Below are positions 60,587 to 64,000 of a DNA stretch of 64,000 nucleotides, in pieces (the first letter of the stretch is position 1; each line of letters opens with the position of its first letter). The stretch spans positions 744,001-808,000 of the forward strand of contig NW_027590170.1 in assembly GCF_964213995.1 (NCBI RefSeq), in the 5' to 3' direction. Below the pieces are notes generated by a model, which was given only the letters and a program-made list of their open reading frames with translations, was not told the DNA's origin and did not search any database. This DNA is from Mustelus asterias (Eukaryota). The position numbers and the translations under genes were made by a program.

Positions 60587-61525
60587 CTAGTTTAAATTCT
60601 CCCCAGTAGCCTTTGCCATCCTACTGGCCAGGATATTGGTCCCCGTGTGATTCAAGTTCCACCTGTTTTTTGTATACAGATCACCCCTGCCCCTAAAGAG
60701 GTCCCAATGATCCAGGAACCTGAATCCCTGCCCCCTGCACCAGTCCCTCAGCCACACATACATCCTCCACCTCACTCCATTCCTGCCCTCACCTTCCCGT
60801 GGCACAGGCAGTAATCCTGAGATTACTACCTTTGCTTTCCTCTTTCTCAGCTGTCTCCCTAATTCCCTGTACTCCCTTTTCATGACCCCTTCTCCCTTCC
60901 TACCCACATCAGCGGTACCAATATGTACCGCTACCTCAGGCTTCTCTCTCTCCCACCTCAGGATTTCCGGGACGCGACTAGCGACATCCTGGATCTCGGC
61001 CCCAGGGAGGCAGACCACCATGCGAGAATCTCGCCTACCTCCGCAGAAACGCCTGTCTGTCCCCTTCACCATTGAGTCCACGATTAATACCGCCTTCCTC
61101 CTCTTTTCCTTAGCCCTCTGAGTTACAGGGCTGGACTCCACTGCGGAGACACGGCCACTGCTGCTTCCCCCAGGCGGGCTGTCCCCCCCAGCAGTACTCA
61201 AGCAGGAGTACTTGTTGTGCAGGGGCAAATCCACCGGGGTGCTCTCAACCACCCTAGCCTTACCCTTCCTGGCCGTCACCCACTTGGCCTCCTCCCGTGG
61301 CCCTGGTGTGACCACCTGATGATAGCTCTTGTCTATCACCTCCTCATTCTCCCTCATCAGCCTAAGATCCTCGAGCTGCAGTTCCAGCTCCCTAACACGG
61401 TCCCTCAGGAACCGCAGCTCGACACACCCCTCACAGATGTGGATGTCCGGGAGGCCAGATGCCTCCAGGACCTCCCACATCCTACACTGGGAACAACACA
61501 CTGGTTTCACACTCATACTGGACAC
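60587..61525 (-). CDS. CR1 ORF1p (zinc finger, leucine zipper, esterase-like with degenerate catalytic motifs)
   Basis: CSQC..CEGC, LRDRVRELELQLEDL, IVDS for IGDS, NRWNLN for DGxHLN. Confidence 0.88.
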   Translation of the reverse strand: MSSMSVKPVCCSQCRMWEVLEASGLPDIHICEGCVELRFLRDRVRELELQLEDLRLMRENEEVIDKSYHQVVTPGPREEAKWVTARKGKARVVESTPVDLPLHNKYSCLSTAGGDSPPGGSSSGRVSAVESSPVTQRAKEKRRKAVLIVDSMVKGTDRRFCGGRRDSRMVVCLPGAEIQDVASRVPEILRWEREKPEVAVHIGTADVGRKGEGVMKREYRELGRQLRKRKAKVVISGLLPVPREGEGRNGVRWRMYVWLRDWCRGQGFRFLDHWDLFRGRGDLYTKNRWNLNHTGTNILASRMAKATGENLN

Positions 61526-63336
61526 TTTATGTCAAGTAAGACAGTGAAAAGTTAATTAGAGTGTAAGGAAACAAAAACTCACCCCTGCTCGTCCAAGCCC
61601 TGTGAGCCAAAGCCCTGACAGCTCACTGAACTTCCCACTCACTCTGCTGCCCGCTACGATGCTGCCCGCTGTATACCTTGGTGCGCTTTTAAACCCTCCA
61701 AAAACTTCCCCAGGCCACTCCTGGCCCGACTTCCGGTTTTGAAAAAAACCTCCGATTTTAAACCCAAAATTAACTGAAAAAATAAATAATTAATTACAGT
61801 CAGAAAACCCACTCTCTTACCCTCAGCCTGCTCCTGGGAACAAATCTCCCTCAAACTTCCCCTTGAACCAGTGCTCCCCTTGTAATTGACACGTCCACCC
61901 TGTCTATGCCTCCAATAATGTTGTAGATCCAATCCAGGTCTTCCCTCAGCCTCTGTATTTCAGTAAAAACAGTCCTAGTCTATTCATACTCCTCATAGCC
62001 AACGCCCTCGGGATCGTGCAGCATCCTGGGGAACATTCTTTGAACTCTCTCCAAAGCTTCTAAGTCCTTTTGGTCGGACTGGGAGGTCCGGGGTGGATGT
62101 AACCCTGGTCTGTAGTTTATCGTCAGGAAATTCTGAATTGTAAGCGCAAAGTTCTAGAAGAACAGCGCCTCATTAACACTGGACTGCCGACATACGACAA
62201 CCACAGTGTCCCAACTTTGACCTGTTCCTCCAGTATCTGCGGGAGCTCTGACACATTTACTGAAGGCAAACAGCTCTCGGAGTTACACTCGCTGCTGATT
62301 TTCACAAGGAAACAAAGTTGTCCCTTGAAATATCACAGGAGAAGTTCTCTCTGACATCGCCGTGCATGGTTGTGCTATGGAGCCAACACTGCTACAGAGA
62401 AGTAACAGATCCAGAACACAAATAAAAACATACTCCCAGTATCCAGACAGCGCTCTCACTGCTAAACAGAAGTAAAAATTCCGCTTCCAAATGCAGAGTC
62501 ACCTGGAACTTTACAATAACAACAAAATTCAGGAAAACGTACGGAATTGTACTGGTTAAATCCAGTGCAGTTATGCTGAAATCAGCATTCAGAAATTTAC
62601 TTCCTTACTTGAATTTACTTCTTTTTCCTTCGATGTGTTTTCCGGGACTGTCTGTGACATTGAACAACCCTCTCCATCTCTCTTGCAGTTTCGTGGAGCC
62701 TTAGACCACGGCCTGTTAACACGATTTATTTAATCAGAGTGCGTTGCTGGATCAAAGAAAACTTATAAACACTGAATAGATTTCGCAAAGGGGTGACTAT
62801 CATCTTTAAAACAACCCCAAGGAGATTTTCCTCAGTGAGCACTGAGCTTCAGAATGTTTCCTGGAAGCTGGTGTAGTTCTTGTCAACACGAACAATCCGG
62901 AATTTTCTGATGATAATTTACAGACCAGACTTACCTTCCCCGGCCACCACTTCCTCCTCCCCAGTCTCTGAAAGTCCGGCGATTCCCCTGTCAGGGCACT
63001 GCCTGTAGCCAGGCTCGGACACTTCTCTTTCAATATCAACCCCAGATCACCACCAACTGGCCTCAGAGAACCAGAGACAGACACGGAGGTGAGGCAAGAG
63101 CATCCCGGGGGAAGAGAACAAGTTATTAAGGGCGGGATTTCGAACGGGTGTCTTCTAATGTGATTCTGCGATGATCTGTTTGTCTGATTGAATTCTGAAG
63201 TTTGTTTTCTCAGTCTCTCCTGGGAACAGTTTCATTCGAGGTGAGTTTGGTTTCCTTTCGCTGCACATTGCGGCTGCATCTACTACAATCCTCCACAGGC
63301 CCCAACAGACAGCAGCTGCACTCTGCAGTGAAAGGC

Positions 63337-63840
63337 AGTTTTTGTACAGGGCTGAGCTTGCTTTATATCACTGTGCGTCTGAAAGCGCGCAGTAATACGC
63401 GGCGGCGTCAGTCAGCTTCAGACCCGAGATGGATAAACTGGTAAATTTATTCTCGGTCTGAAGTTCAGCAAAGAAACGGTTTTTGGCAAAATAGGCTTTA
63501 TCTTCACCGCTGCCCGAGCCTTTCCACAATATGAACTCAGGCTGTGAGTCTGGGTACTGCCGGTACCAGTATAGATAGTAGTAGCTCATTTCAGTATCAT
63601 ATTTACAATGTAAAGTTAACGTTTCTCCTTCTGCCCTAACTTCTGAGGACGGCGACTGAGTGACAGAATCTCCATGAATCAGATCTGAAAAACAAATATA
63701 AGAATATCTGACCGACCACTGTTGAAAATTTTGTTTCAGATCATGTTTCAAAAATATTTTTTAAAAAGTTGAAATGTGTTTGGTCCACATTTACCTGTCA
63801 GACATGTTGCCCACACAACCCAGATGCTGAGCAGCCGCAT
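63337..63840 (-). CDS. TCR alpha/delta-type V segment (V12), apparently intact; leader 63840-63795, V exon 63684-63376, 23-RSS
   Basis: MRLLSIWVVWATCLT|DLIHGDSVTQSP..TLHC..LYWYRQYP..LTDAAAYYCALSD; CACAGTG 63375-63369, 23 nt, ACAAAAACT 63345-63337. Confidence 0.93.
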
Positions 63841-64000
63841 TGTCTCTGTCCACTCTGTAAAAAGGGAGTTGGGGATTTTGAAGACACCCGTTCTAAACCC
63901 CGCCCTCAATAATCTGCTGATGCCTCAGGATGTTCTGACTTCACTTCCTGGTGTTCCCAGTGACAGTTTGAATCGGCAGGCCGGTGAGCTGGCTGTCAGA

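Larger units (their letters stand above)
57486..61840 (-). mobile_element. Full-length CR1 LINE (subfamily B) nested in an older CR1 fragment
   Basis: Candidate TSD caaat (57481-57485, 61841-61845); 5' UTR, ORF1, ORF2, tail. Confidence 0.95.

Noticed and set aside
57777-61555. Many short + strand ORFs
   Set aside because: Antisense shadows of CR1 ORF1 and ORF2
1-64000. CRISPR arrays, rRNA, RAG/transposase genes, NAR-TCR or IgH-like V, D/J/C segments
   Set aside because: None recognisable by eye; very degenerate segments could have been missed

Overview
Vertebrate genomic DNA, inferred to be from a shark (HE1/V-SINE-type SINEs, very abundant CR1 LINEs). Left of the assembly gap (12888-13091): CR1 debris, a decaying tRNA-Gln(CTG) cluster, an unexplained strand-biased 2.8-kb segment ending in telomere-like repeats, and an intact two-exon GPR139/GPR142-like class A GPCR. 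Right of the gap: a tRNA-Val pseudogene, a C2H2 zinc-finger pseudogene, then about 43 kb of a T-cell receptor alpha/delta-type V-segment cluster. It holds 12 V segments in both orientations: 4 apparently intact (leader exon + V exon + 23-RSS) and 8 pseudogenes or fragments. They are interspersed with two full-length CR1 LINEs, many truncated CR1s, SINEs and Penelope-like elements (PLEs). Most notable: minimal hammerhead-ribozyme cores in the PLE terminal repeats (one apparently intact); a U_UUA_AAC slippery site at the ORF1/ORF2 junction of two different CR1 subfamilies, with ORF2 in the -1 frame; retroelement insertions into V-gene RSSs and CRE promoter elements; and an inverted V duplication diverging strongly in CDR1/CDR2. 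Coordinates were read by eye, repeat boundaries are approximate, and no database searches were run. V1-V12 and CR1 subfamilies A-C are my own labels.
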